Of a DNA stretch of 64,000 bases, positions 26,795 to 40,232 are shown piece by piece. The stretch is from Hemiscyllium ocellatum (Eukaryota). The notes under the pieces are model-generated. The model had not been told where the DNA came from, ran no database searches, and saw only the letters and a list, made by a program, of their open reading frames with translations. The translations under genes and the position numbers were made by a program. The stretch's first letter is position 1; the number at the start of each line of letters is the position of its first letter. The DNA is taken from NCBI RefSeq assembly GCF_020745735.1, contig NC_083437.1:11098001-11162000 (forward strand). Reading direction: 5' to 3'.

Positions 26795-27400
26795 CGATAG
26801 AACTATAGAGGTTTACAGCATGGGAAAATGCCCTTTGACCCAACTTATCCATGCCATCCAGTTTTCATAATTAATCTCGTCCCATTTTCCTATACCTATC
26901 CCATCCATGTATCTGTCCAAATGTTCCTTAGATGACAACACTTCCACCATTACTTCAGGCAGCCTGTTCTGGACACTCACCACCCACTGTGTGAAAATGG
27001 AAATGCCCCCCTGGATCCTTTTGTATCTCTCCCCTGTCGTCTTAAACCTATACCCTCCAATTTTAAACTCCACTACTCTGGGAAAAAGCTGTTAGCTACC
27101 TACCTTATCTATGCCTCTCATGATTTTATAGACCTCTATAAGGCTGCCCCTCAGTCTCCTACGTTCCAGGGAAAAATGTCCAAGCTTACCAGCCTCTCCT
27201 TATAGTTCGAACCTTTTAGTCCAGGAGCATCCTAGTAAATCTTTTCTGAGGTCTTTCTAGTTTGATAACTTCCTTTCAATGCTAGGACGATCAGAACTGC
27301 ATGCAGTATTCCGCATGTGGCCTTACCAACATCCTGTATATCTGAAACATATTCTAATTCTGATACTCAATGCTCTGACTGATGGAAGCAAGCATGTCGA
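26795..27400 (-). mobile_element. CR1 3' fragment
   Basis: GYRFKTTGERYK..FTQWVVSVQNRLPE. Confidence 0.85.
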
Positions 27401-28149
27401 CTGCACTATTGGTTTCTCACCTTTACTGTCCAGCTGTTGCATGTGCGCACCTCTGAAACTAAGACATGCCTTTAAATCTTACCTTTTTGTTTATACTTCT
27501 AGTCACCTGCCTTCTTTACATGGCTTAGATTGAAATTTATTCATAGTTTGTGTGATACCATCCACATGTCCAAAGTGTGATAGTTTTTTTTTCAGGGGGT
27601 TATGTGCCCTAGTGTTTGTGAGGGTGTAACATGAGAGCCTTGTAGAGTAAAGAAGATGGTTTGTAATGTACACCTGTAACTAGTAATGGGCTATCAGAAT
27701 AGGTTGTACAAAGACTGTTGGGAAGACCTTGCCCTGGATCTGTCTCCTGAGTTCATATGTACCCTTCCAGCAAATCCTCATGATTTCATCATAGTGGCTG
27801 CTGCTTATTACATTCAATCAAGTATTAGCCATTTTGCATCCTTCCAGACCCATTTCCAACATTCCCCTAACACTCCCACCCCCACCCCCACACTCAAGCT
27901 TTCTTTTCTAAAAGTTGTTATTGTTGTACATTTACTTGTATAATTACATTTATCACAGCCTCATCTGTGACTTTATAAATGCAGATGGTCTAGTTGTTTC
28001 ATTATTCCCTGAATATGTCCCCTTCAGTCGTGGGAGAATGGTAGTTTGTTGGCTATAAGTTTATCTTCCTGCTATTCTGAGGTCTGACCAGGTTTCCTCT
28101 GCATCTTCTTAACACCAGACCACTCTCTCATGGAACACTCCCTCCTGAA

Positions 28150-28487
28150 TCAATGGCTGAGTGGTACTATCTCTAGATCATTAATTCAGAGACCCAGGTT
28201 ATGTTCTGGAGATCTGGTTACAAATCCTGCTATGGCAGATAGTGGTATTTGAATTCAATAAGAAGTCTGGAATTAAGAATCTAATGAGGATCACAACACC
28301 ATTTTCGATTGCTTGAAAAAAACATCTAGTTCACTAATATCCTTTAGGGCAGGAAATCGGTCATCCTTATCCCTACGTGTGACTCCAGAGCCATAGCAAT
28401 TGGGTTGACTCTTACCTGTCCTCTGACCAATTCAGGATGGGCAATAAATGTGGGCCTAGCCAGTGACATCCGCATCCTGGGAAGAAA
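28150..28487 (+). mobile_element. SINE family B
   Basis: Homologous to 12815-13165; gggcaataaatg..gccagtgac tail. Confidence 0.85.
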
Positions 28488-28689
28488 GAAAACTCCCTCA
28501 TGAATCACTTCCTCATGGAATAGTCCCTGACAGATATGCCCTTGTGGCTTGTTAAATAATGATATTTTGTCAAACTTTACATTCAGGAAAGAGGACCATA
28601 TCCCTGTCATTCAGCAACATGTGTAATGACAGCTATGTTAAAGGTTTATTGAAATAATAACCTCACCAAAGACTGATATGAGTAATGCC

Positions 28690-28990
28690 ACGCCTTTCCA
28701 TCCTCGGTTTTCAAGACTTTATCTGAGGGACATTTCAGAGACATGGGCCGTAACCTTTGAAAACTCTGCTCTTTCAACCAGTGAGCCCGATGTTTGGAAA
28801 GTTGAAAATGTGATGCCGTTACTTAAGCAAGGTGCCAGAGAGGAAGCTGAATATTATGGGCTTGTTAGTTTGCCATCTGCTGTGAAAAAGTTTGTGGAAT
28901 CTATAATTAAGAGCAGATTGACTGAACACTTAGTGAAATTTGTGCTGATTAAAAAGAGCCGACTTGCATTTGTAAAGGAAAGGCCCTCTT
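28690..28990 (+). mobile_element. Old CR1 RT fragment
   Basis: PDVWKVENVMPLLKQG..YYGLVSLPSAVKKFVESII. Confidence 0.7.
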
Positions 28991-29062
28991 GAAGGTTCCG
29001 GAATGTTCCAGCTGTGGAATGTCCTCCTCCATTTAGCTGTAACTCTGGCATAGCCTATCACT

Positions 29063-29216
29063 GCAGCGCAGTGCTGAGGGAGTGCTGCTCTGCTGCAAGT
29101 GATATCCCTATCAGATGGGATTTTAAACCAAGGCTCAGTTTGCTCTATCAAGAAGCTGAGAAAGACCTCTGTGACATTATTTAAAGAACAGTTCGTGCCC
29201 TGGCCAATATCTCTTC
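29063..29216 (+). mobile_element. Deu-domain SINE fragment
   Basis: gcagtgctgagggagtgctgc..ttaaaccaaggctc..cctggccaatat. Confidence 0.7.
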
Positions 29217-29239
29217 CATAATCTAATCTAATCTAAGTT

Positions 29240-29401
29240 TTTCATAGTGTCCAGTGATGTGCAGACTAGGTGGATTAGCCATGGGAAATGTAAGGTTATG
29301 GGGATACTTGGGGGGGGGGTGCGTGTCTAGGTGGGATGCTCTTCGGAGGATTGGTGTGGACTTGATGGGCTGAATGGTCTGCTTCCACACTGTAAGGATT
29401 C
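29240..29401 (+). mobile_element. HE1 SINE 3' part
   Basis: gtggacttgatgggctgaatgg..cacactgtaaggatt. Confidence 0.8.
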
Positions 29402-29410
29402 CTTCATTCT

Positions 29411-29603
29411 TACAACACCAGGTTACAGTCCAACAGGTTTATTTGGAAGCACTAGCTTTCAGACCGTTGCTCCTTCATCAGGTGGTTGTGGCACAATCAC
29501 CTGATGATAGAGCAGCGCTCCGAAAGCTAGTGCTCCAAATAAATCTGTTGGACTGCAACCTGGTGTTGTGTGTACCTCAGTCCAACACCGGCATCTCCAA
29601 ATC
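29411..29603. mobile_element. Penelope-like fold-back element, family B, with hammerhead cores
   Basis: Inverted arms; CAC-CTGATGA-(GAGC agc GCTC)-GAAA-GC-TA-GTG at 29498-29532. Confidence 0.85.
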
Positions 29604-30359
29604 TTTGATTCCTGGCACACTTCCTCACACTTACCCCACTTTCAATCCCACCCAGTCCCTCCTGTTAAAATTCCACTCTGTGGTATACTGTTCATATTCA
29701 ATTATTCACAAAAATGCAATAGACATAGAGCAAGATCCAAAGATGGATGGCATAATAAGTAGGTAATGCCACAGAATCTGCTACTATCTCTCAGTGACAT
29801 TAAGTGAATGGAAAACATTGTATCAGATTGATTTCAAGAAGCTATTGGATCACAGAGAATTGATTTGTGTTTTTTTTTAAAAAACAAGAAAAGCTAATAA
29901 TGAATCATACAGAGGGGCTTAGGATACAGTGTATAGTTCTAGGTTTAACACTTCAGAAGGGATAATTTTATTTTGTCATTTATTCATGGGGTGTTGGTGT
30001 TGCTGGCTGGTCTAGCACTTACTGTCTTTCACTAGTTAACCTTGATAAGTGATAGTGAGCTGCCTTCAAAATGTTGGACAGACTTTGAGGAGTCAGAGGT
30101 GAGTTACTCACTGCAATATTCCTAGCCTCTGACCCTGCTGTTGTGGCCATTATATGTATATGGTGCTTATAGAATCTCTACGGTGTGGAAAAGGGGGAAT
30201 TTGGTCCTTCAAGTCTACATTGACACTCTGAAGAGCATCCCACTCAAATCCAATCCTCCACCCTATCCTTGTTGCCTCAAAATTCCCATGGCTATCCCGC
30301 TGGACACAACTGGGCAGTTTAACATAGTCAATCATAATCTGCATTGGTCTGACTTTGGT

Positions 30360-32590
30360 CAATGGTAATTCCCAGGTAATCCACAGTGTGGGATTCAGCA
30401 AAGATAATGCTATTGAACATATAAAAGGTGAAGGTCAGATTGTCTCTTGTTGAAGATGGTCATTGCCTGGCAATGTGTGACATTCATGTAACTTTCCACT
30501 TATCAACCTAAACCTGGATGTTGTCCAGGTCTTGCTGCATTGGAATGGACCGCTTCAGTAATCGAGGAGTCAGGAATAGTGCTGAGTTTTGTGCAATCAA
30601 TGACGGACATTCTCACTTCTGACTTTATGACGAAGGAAAGGTCATTGATGAAGCAGCTGAACATGCTGAGACGATGACACTAACATAAGGAACTCCTGCA
30701 GAGATGACATAAAACTGAGATCATTGAATTTCAACAATCACAACCATCCTCCTGCGTACTAGGTATTCAGTAAAGCGTTTTTCTTCTTATCCCCATTGAT
30801 TCCCATTTTGTGAGGGCTCCTGATGCCACACTCAGTCAAATGCAGCCTTGATACCAATGGCTGTCACTCTCCCCTCCCCTCTGGAATTCAGCTCCATTGT
30901 CCATGGTCGAATCAAGTCTGTATTGAGGTCAAGAGCTGAGTGATCCTGGCAGAACCCAAACTGGGCGTCACTGAGCAGGTTATTGCTGAGCAGGTGCTGC
31001 TCAATAGTGTTGTACATGACACTTTTCATCAATTTACTGATGTTTGAGAGTACTTTGAAGGGGAGGTAACTGGCCAGGTTGTGTTTATCCTGCATTTTGT
31101 GTACAAAATATATCTGGGGAATTATCCATATTGTCAAGTAGACACAAGTGGAAACGTCATGGAGTGAATCAAATTGCCTGAGTTCTGGTATCGATGATAC
31201 TGGGACCATTGGAGGAGGCCAAGGTGAATCATCCACTCATCACTTCAGGCTAAAGATTGTTGCAAGTGCTTATCCTGAGCATGATGTGCTGACCTCCCCC
31301 ATCATTGAGGAACTTATTTTATTTATTCACAGGAGGTAGGCGTCACTGGCTAGACCTGCATTTATTGGCCATCCCTGATTGCCCACAGGGCAGTGAAGAG
31401 TCATCTACACTTCTGCTTTATATTGATTGGGGTGCAAGAAGCTCCATGTTATAGCTTCACCTCATTTTTCACTGTGTGTGCTGCTGCTCCTGGCATGCTC
31501 CTTCATTCTTCATTAAAGCAGGATTCATCCCCTGGCTTGATGGTAATGTTGTCATCCACAACAAGCTTTTTTGGACTCTTCTTGTGGATGCTCTGGTGAC
31601 AAAGGCCCAACAATGTCTCTTCTTCCTCAGGCAGCTGAAGAAATTTGGCATGACGGCGAATACCCTTGCCAATGTTTATAGGTACGTCATCGAGAGCATT
31701 CTGTCTGGATGTATCACAACCCTGGTATGGCAGCTGTACCATTCAAGATCAGAGACGGTTACAGAGAGTGGTGAACTCGGCCCAGACAATCACAAAGGCC
31801 AACCTCCCATCTACAGAATCCATCTACCCGGCCCGCTGTCAAGGAAAGGCCACCAGCATTCTGAAAGATCCATCCCACCCTGGCAATGTCTTTCCACAAC
31901 CTCTACAATTGCGGAGAAGGTTCAGAAGCCTGTACACTCGCACCAGCCGGTTTCATAACATTTTCTACCCGACTACTGATAGAAGACTGATTGGACTCAT
32001 AAACTCTTAACTTTTGCCTATACCTGTGTTTTTACTTTTGCCGCTGTTTACCTATTACTTACTATCTAAGCTACTTAGCTATGTGATCTGCCTGTATTGC
32101 TCGCAAGACAAAGCTTTTCACTGTGCCTTGGTACACATGACAATAAATTCAATTCAATTCAATAAGTGGGGGATGTGCAGGGCCATGAGGTTGCAGATTG
32201 GGCCAGAGTACAGTTCTACTGCTGTTGATGGCCCACAGCATCTCATGGATTCCCAGTCTTGAATGGGTAGCCCGTCCCATTTAGCACAGTGATAGTGCCA
32301 CAAGACAAGATGGAGGGCAGACTCCACACGAACTGTGTGATGGTCACTCTTACCGACACTGTCATGGACAGATACAGCTGCAACAGACAGATAGTGAAGA
32401 TGAGTCAAATGTGTTTCTCTGACTTGTTGCTTCCTTCACCACCTGCTGCAGACCCAGTCTTTCACTTTTAGGACCTGACCAGCTGGATCTGTAGTGCTGC
32501 TGCTGAGTCACTCTTGGTGGTGGACATTGAAATCCCCCACCCAGAGTGCATTCTGTGCCCTTGTCACCCTCAGTGCTGCCTCCAAGTGTT
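30360..32590 (-). mobile_element. L2/CR1-like LINE, decayed, interrupted by Rex1 and a SINE tail
   Basis: HLLSNNLLSDAQFGFCQDHSALD..IGIKAAFD; endonuclease-side VHDSVGKSDHHTV. Confidence 0.8.
31553..32163 (+). mobile_element. Rex1/Babar-clade LINE 3' fragment
   Basis: KAQQCLFFLRQLKKFGM..IESILSGCIT..WYGSCT..LQRVVNSAQ; (aattc)n tail. Confidence 0.85.
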
Positions 32591-33817
32591 GACTTTGGAG
32601 TTTGCAGTCACTGGTGACACGTCAAGATCTGGCAACTTCTGTGTGTGCATTTGACTCTCCTGTTGCTAACTTAATCCTGGTGCTATTTTCTTTTATTCAT
32701 TCACTGGATGTGAACACACTGGCTAGACTAGCCTTTTGTGCCCATTCCTAATTGCCCTGAATAAAGTGGTGGTAAACTGCCTTCTTAAGAATGGAATTTC
32801 CAACTGGGAACTCTTGTCTTCCAGGAATTGTGATCCAGCAAGTAGGTATAGCAGCCAATCATTGGATAATGCATCAGGCATACAGGAACCATGGGTTGGA
32901 GGAATAACCTCCAGTAGGAGGGTCATGATTGTGATATTTGATCAGCTTCCACTTTGAGGGGGATAGACCTGGCCGAATGCCACCTTGCTCCTACTGCAGC
33001 TCCTGCAAGGAAGCCAGGTTGACACACTCTGCACACCACAGGGATCGCTGCTTTTGTGAAGAATGTCTGACAACAGAAGAAAGCATGGCCCACCTCTGAA
33101 CCTCTTTGCTTCCTGTTTGAGTATGATCCTGGGAATGGGAATAAAATGTGGAGCAGCTGGGCATTCCATTGTGACTCTATGCACTTAGCCAGCAGCATCC
33201 CTCCTACTCATAACATTGCTTAACCCCTGACTCAATGCACCATCCTAATCCTGATCCCAAAAGCCAGGAAAATCCAAGTCACCAATAGAACACCTTCAAT
33301 GGGATACTGTCTGATGGGACAGTTTCTAATGGGCCTCTTCTCGATGGAAGCCCCCATAATTGGACAAGCAATACACTTGATTCCATCTTTTACTGCACTA
33401 TCAACCACACAGACATTACCTCATGCCCCTGTGGAAAACAGCAATGATCTACTCCATACTTCTACAGAGTTGGTAAAGAAGTTTCTGGTTTATAAGTGCT
33501 CAGCATGGAGTCCGAACTAGTCCCATGTTATTTCATTTAAGGATAATATCTGTCTCATGTCCTTCTTGTACTTGTGCCTTGTACTAGATGATATTTAAAT
33601 ATGTTCTCTCAGCATTAAGTGACAATTTTGTCTGTCTCAGTGTGCATTGCTCTGATCTCCATTCCGCTCCATTGCAAGAAGAATAATATAGATACTTGTT
33701 CCTCTTCTCTCTCCTTGGCACCACTGAGGTCCCTTGAATCCTGAGCCAACAGTTCCCATCACAGGCCAGCCTAAACACTTGGTTATTATTCAGCCTTGAA
33801 TCTATTCATTCACGTTA

Positions 33818-34145
33818 AAATCATAAAATCCCTATAGTGTGGAAGCAGGCCATTCGATCCATCAAGTCTACACCAACCCTCCAGAGAGCATCCCACAAAG
33901 ACCCATCCCTGCCCTATACGTGTAACCCCCATAACTCATGGCTAATCCACTTCGCCTGCACATCCCTGGACCAGACAGTAATATAAAATGGCCAATCCAA
34001 CTGGCCTGGTCACCTTTGGACTGCGGGAGGAAACCGGAGCAGGTGGAGGAAACCCACACAGACGCGGGGTGAATGTGCAAACTCCACACAGCCGAGGCTG
34101 GAATCGAACCCAGGTCAATCATGCTATGAGCCACCTTGCCACCCT
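33818..34145 (-). mobile_element. HE1 SINE
   Basis: V-domain and tail. Confidence 0.9.
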
Positions 34146-34211
34146 CACTGTTGAGACAGTGATGTCTGTTTCTAAGCCTGGGAGTCGAAAAGCAGTTTCT
34201 CTTGTTTTCAG

Positions 34212-34259
34212 ATTGAAGAACCGATGCACAGAATGAAGCATCAGAGCTGCGAATCAGGA
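34212..34259 (+). other. Candidate 48-nt exon
   Basis: Acceptor tttctcttgttttcag, donor GGA|GTAAGT, open phase-0 frame IEEPMHRMKHQSCESG. Confidence 0.3.
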
Positions 34260-36771
34260 GTAAGTAAAGAGAGGAACAACGTTAAGTGATTCACTGAGTG
34301 CTCATATATTTTGTGATTTGCTTCCTTCCTTGTGATTCAGGATATGTGAGGAAAGAGAATCAAACCACTCGGATGTTCACACTTTCATTGTCTGTGAAAT
34401 GAAAAGTTTAATATCAGAGAATCTCCACAGTATTGGCAAATTGCCCTGGTAATTTACATCTGAGTTTGTTTAATATCTGAATAATAAATGTCATTTTATG
34501 CTGTAATTAATTTTAAAAAAACACACACACAATATTTCTACCAAAGGTTTCTCTTACAACTGTTTGCAATTGTTTGGGATGCTAATTTGCTAATGATTAC
34601 TTACACAAGCTTGTATAAACTGACTCTTCTTCATTAAATGCAATGATTTGATTCTTCAATAGTTTATTTATCCTATTGGTGTGTTTGTGTGAATTGGAGT
34701 AGCAAGGGTGTTGAATTATTCTAATTCAGCTGGCTATCTTTGGTTGGCTTGATGCAATGGTATTAGATGGCATGAATTCACAGATGGCACATGCTGTTGA
34801 CCATCTGATTCTAATGGGTGTTTCCACATCCTGCTGAGAGTTATCTACAGTGTGGTGAAGGAACATTGCCATTCCACTGGACAGGGCAAAGATGGAACAT
34901 GTACGTGCTTACATAATCACTTTGAAAATTGCATCTTCGTGTGGTCCAAATCCCCTCCCAATGTCTGACTATTATAGCCCCTCCGTGTCGTCAATTCTAG
35001 CCTTTTCACATTCTCAAACTTTAAAGGCTCCTATTCATTGCCATGATTCCAGCTGTCTCATTCCGAAGCTCTGGAATTTTCTCCCTAAACCTCTGCATAT
35101 CTCCAATTCCCTTTCTTCCATTGAATCATATGTTAAAATGTACCTTTTCAACTAAGTATTGCTCAACACACCTCATATCTACTTACGTGGCTCAGTGCCA
35201 AATTTAACTTGATAACACTTGTGAAGGCCTTAAGACTCTTTAGTTTGTTGTAGGTGCTACATAAGTGAATGCTGATGTTGTTTCCAATTGCTTGTAGGAG
35301 CTAAGTGTCACCACTAACATCAAGATCACTCAACAGGTTTATCGTTTTTGAATAATGCTGCTTATTCTATTTTAACGGTATTACCTTTATGTATAGGTTT
35401 ACTTGCTATCAGGGATAGATCTTCTTCAGCAGTAGAATCTATGCTATACTTATGGCAGGGTGGATTACTTAGCTCACAAATAAAAAGAGAAATTGCTTTT
35501 CCTGCAATTTCTGTTTTTGTTTCTAATTTCCAGCATCCGCAGTTCTTTCAGTTTCTATTTGATTCATTTGGCTGCCTGAGATAGTTCCCTTTTACAACAT
35601 CTTGTATTTATACTTAACATAGTGAAACCTACTAAAATGCGCCACGGGAAGATAAACAGACCAAAACTTGATGATGGAGTGACAGAAGTGACATTGCAGC
35701 AGGTCACCACAAACTGTAGGCTTCAGGGAGGAGAAAGAGTTGAAGATGTGATAAGGTTTGGGGAGGGAATTCCATTGTTTCGGACCCAGAGAGCTAAAGA
35801 TCTGACCACCAATGGTGGGAGTAAAGGGATTGGAGATTTATCCCAATGTAATCTCCATGTCTTGGGCTGTTAATGTATCTTTAATGTGGTTGTATTGTTT
35901 GTCGAACGGAACTTAGCATTCAATGGGATTGGGGGCATTGTTAGAAATGGGGCAGTAAGGAAGCAAATTGAACACTGCTGCAGGATGCTCATTCAGACCA
36001 CAGTCTAGAATGCAATCTCATCTCTTCTTCCAGTTTATTAGTCTTTCATTAGTTTTCTATGTCAGTCGGCAATTCTAATCACCTGTTTGCTAAGGTATAG
36101 GTGGCATGTCACTGAGTTTTAACAAATAAAAATGGGAAGTGTACTGTAACAATATAACTGCTACTCTTTGTCTGCCTCATACAGTAAAAACACCTGGGTA
36201 AGCGTGTTTTATGAGTAATAAACTGCTTGAAGTTTCTGTACAGAATATTTCACAAGCAACATTCCAACAATATAACATAGCCCATCAATATTTGTATTAA
36301 AGTTAGGCTCCCTTAACAATCTTGAGTGTTCCCAAATCAGGTGTAGACGACCGAGCGACAATTACTTTCATTCTATGCAAGAGCAACAGGGAGTTCTACA
36401 AGATCAGTGGATGACCGTTCTCAAAGGGAGAATTCACCAGATATTGACCTACGTCATTGTAATCTTAAATCTTTGACAGACATTCCCTCTGGATGCCACT
36501 TCCCTCTGGGATACAGGCACGTGTGATTGCTCCTTAAATACGTTGTTAAATTATTTTTAAAAATGTAGGTGTCTTGGATAAATCTTAAAGGCATTCATTT
36601 TAATTTATTGACAATAGCCCTGGCAATATTGATTGAAGCAGAGGATTAATTCCCCAAATATCCTTGACAGCCAAGCTTAGAAGAAAAGTCTGTACTACAT
36701 CAATGGAAGATTAGATTCTCTGAGTTATTCTAAATGCTAATTCACTGGGCAGTTTTGTGTTATGGACCATT

Positions 36772-37025
36772 CTCATAGAACATAGAATTGTACAGTATAC
36801 GAACAGTGCTGTGCCGAAAACGACACCAAATTAAACTAATCCCTTCTGGTCCATATCCTTCCATTGCTTGCATATTCATGAACTTATTTAAAAGTCTCTT
36901 AAACACCTCTCTCATATCTGCCTCTACCACCACCACTGGCAGCATGTTTCACGCTCCTACCACTGTGTGAAAAAACCTTGTTGCTCTTTGAACTTTCCCC
37001 CTCTCACCTTAAATGCATTCTTCTT
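36772..37025 (-). mobile_element. CR1 3' end
   Basis: LPVVVVEAD..VFKRLLNKFMNMQAMEGYG; tail. Confidence 0.85.
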
Positions 37026-38146
37026 TTGGTATTGCATCCAAAAAGGGCTAAACTCACTTCCCTTAAAATTTGAACTGGTCAGAGAGAGAAGACTGTACAC
37101 TTTCATCAAGACTAGATTCAAATCCAAAAACCCATGGGATTAACAATTTGAACTCTTGAGGGATCTCCTACCCCTAAGACTTCAAACACCACTACAGTGT
37201 TTGAATTACATGTGGTATCCAGTTTCTCTTAACAAACTAGTAGTTATTGAATTAGCAATTGACCACTTCAGCAAGGTCTCAATATTGATTGTCCAAACGG
37301 GACAATAACAACCACATCAATTTTCAACGGAGCATTTGCAGCTCTGTCTGCCTTCTCCCCATTTTATTGTGGGAATACAGTTCATAAGTAAGTTAAAGCA
37401 CGGTGTGGTAAGTATGCCAGTAATTCAAGGCTTATAGTTTTGAACACTCTGCAACACAAGGGATTTCCATTCGTCATGCATGAGTTTGCGATGACTAAGT
37501 GATCAAGGCTGATTTTATTAATTAGCTGCCAATCCCCTACCAGTACATTGTGGGACTACCAGGATGGAAGAAAGTGAACGGGACTGACTTTGGTCTTTTT
37601 CTCATTTAATAATTCCCAAGTACCTAAATAAACCTGGAGTCCAAATATTGTTTGTAATAAAAGAGTGAATTCAATCTAAAGTCATGTTTTGCAATCCTAC
37701 TGTTGATACATTATACAAAGAACATTCATCCATTATTCAGATGCAGCTGTCTCTAGTGAGACAGAAACATTGTTTTCCATTACTTTTAATATTGGCTGCT
37801 TATTGGTTTGAGCAACTCCCTCATCTCAGTTTTAGTGCAGAGCCTTAATTACATCCAATTTGGTTCTGCTGTACTGCGTATTGTCATTTGGGTTGCTGTC
37901 ACAGCCGACCTAAATGAGATGAAATTACGTGGATGATGCTTGCAGAATAGAACTTGAGAAATATTACAATAACTTAGTGCTGCCTGTGTTCCTGTAGCTC
38001 TCCATAATTCTGAATGTAAATGAGTGAAAAGTTAGACAAAATTTCATTGGAGGAAGTGAACATATAAATGCCTGACTTCAGTTAATGAACCTGTTTCAGT
38101 GCAATAAAGTCCTTGTCATCTCAGACTGAATATCTTCTTAATTCAC

Positions 38147-38356
38147 CATGCACATCTTGTGTTGTTATTATACGAGACATTGAACATTTTTGATAGCTTC
38201 GATGGAGCAGATAAAGAATAGATAATGTATAATGTAATGACTAAAGAACCTTTTTTTTTGTTATCCATTTCTGGTATTGAAAGGAACATAAACGGATTCT
38301 TTGTGACATGGTGAACTGGAGCAGGATCTGACTTTGGCGTTTTATGGTAATACAAC
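38147..38356 (-). other. Candidate exon adjacent to the promoter island
   Basis: atccctcag acceptor, ATG|GTGAAT donor, 210 nt symmetric phase-2 open frame. Confidence 0.25.
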
Positions 38357-38639
38357 CTGAGGGATATTAAGAGTTGCGACTTAAGCATGTTTGTGTCATT
38401 TCAGTCCCACTCCTCGTGCATACTGTTGGGGAGAATCTGCTATCGGGGTACCTACATTGGGGCTAGGGAGGGGAGCACCATTATTAAAGCAGACACTGTC
38501 AGGTACCAGCTAAAACACAGCCATGTAAAGTAAACCCAGCCACTGCAGGACTGTCTGCCTGGGGCCACATTCCTGGGGGATTAGAACATGTCCGTCAGTT
38601 TCAGATCATCCTGTTACACTCTCATTGTTAATAAAGGAA

Positions 38640-39250
38640 ACCGGTAACTATCGGATAGTGTAAATCGCACCGATACTACACTTGATTGATAAAGTACTTG
38701 CTAATGCCTCCGCTGACGTCAAACTCATTCGGGTCCTATGTTAAATGATAATATCTGTATATTCAACTATGGAGAACTATTGTGAACGCCCAGACAGCCA
38801 GACGCATGGCAATGAGGAAACCCTTCCAACAATAAACTTTTAATTTACAAGATCGGAAACTGCCGAACCCAGGATGTCTACCCATTGTTCAGCACAGCAG
38901 GAGTGGGACAGGTATCTCGGGGCAGCCAATAGAGACACTAATCCATTCACAGACAGGTGAACCGACCAATGAAAGAGCCGAACAAGGGGAACCTGACCGG
39001 GAACTCGAGGAAGCGCGAAGTATAACTGCACCAGATCCGAAGGGAGAGACAGAACGCCTTCTCCAACGAATTTGCATGCTTTTGAATTCGTTGTATAGTT
39101 TGCCAGTCTTGATTCTGTAATAAACGGTGTTTTTGCTCCAAACTCTAGCCGGTTTGATCTCTCCTTCCAACGAACACGTAGAGACGAGACCATTCGGTTT
39201 CCGTCTCAACAATACAAATCAATTGGAAGTGAAATTTCATAGCGATTTTG
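38640..39250. promoter_or_regulatory. CpG-rich promoter-like island
   Basis: ~30 CpGs in ~600 bp versus a CpG-poor background; TGACGTCA 38714-38721; CCAAT 38926 and 38966; GCGCGAAG 39013; TATAACTG 39021; ATTTGCAT 39070; TTTGAA 39081. Confidence 0.7.
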
Positions 39251-39940
39251 ACCTGAGAACTTGCAATGGACATCTGACATCAGCATAGTTACTGAAACAA
39301 AAGTTTTTCTGTATAGCCCCGCACACTATAAATATGAAGCAAAAAGCACCCCATTAACAATCAAACTGAATTAATTAAAATTGATTTTATAATAGTTAAT
39401 AATTTGAACTGGCAACATATTACACAACGACTAACTGATAGTATGAGGTGGCTAAACAGAAGAACAACACCCGGAAGGGTTACAATCACTGGATTATTAC
39501 AGGAACCTTGTGAAAATAGGGATTGACTGGTCAGAAGGATGAAGATGTAGCTGAAGGAATGATGTGATAGGAAGGAGTTTCCACTGGAGTGTTTGAGGGG
39601 CTTGGTGTCAAGGGAACCCAACTTTCAGTTAACTTTTAATTCAATGAGTAGAGTGAGCGTTACTCTCTATTTAACTCAGTGTCCCAGGAGTGTTTCATGG
39701 GAAACTGTCGAAAGCACCTTGCTCTCTGTTTATTTCTCATGCAAAGGGTGTGGAGAAGTGCCATTCTATGGAACACTGGCACAGTGCAACAATAGGAAAG
39801 TATTGGACCATTAAAATGGGATCCTCCTGAATTACACTGGAACCAGTGTCCCAGCAACATAAATGAATAGAGCAGTCCCAGGGTCTTGAATAGTTAGTGG
39901 GGAAGCTTCATCTGGAAAAGATAGCAAAGGTAGTTTTTTT

Positions 39941-40232
39941 AGATTAGATTACTTACAGTGTGGAAACAGGCCCTTCGGCCCAACAAGTCCACACCGACCC
40001 GCCAAAGCACCACCCACCCATACCCCTAACCTAACACTATGGGCAATTTAGCATGGCCAATTCACCTGACCTGCACATCTTTAGACTGTGGGAGGAAACC
40101 GGAGCACCCGGAGGAAACCCACGCAGACACGGGGAGAATGTGCAAACTCCACACAGTCAGTCGCCTGAGGCAGGAATTGAATCCGGGTCTCTGGCGCTGT
40201 GAGGCAGCAGTGCTAACCACTGTGCCGCCCAC
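39941..40232 (-). mobile_element. HE1 SINE (young-looking, CpGs retained)
   Basis: Near-consensus head, V-domain and tail. Confidence 0.95.

Noticed and set aside
33420-33780. Minus-strand exon-like block
   Set aside because: Interrupted by stops and contains RNFFT..VW LINE-like remnants
38840-39212. Overlapping minus ORFs in the CpG island; histone or snRNA gene suggested by octamer + CCAAT
   Set aside because: No histone ORF or recognisable snRNA sequence; ORFs explained by local composition
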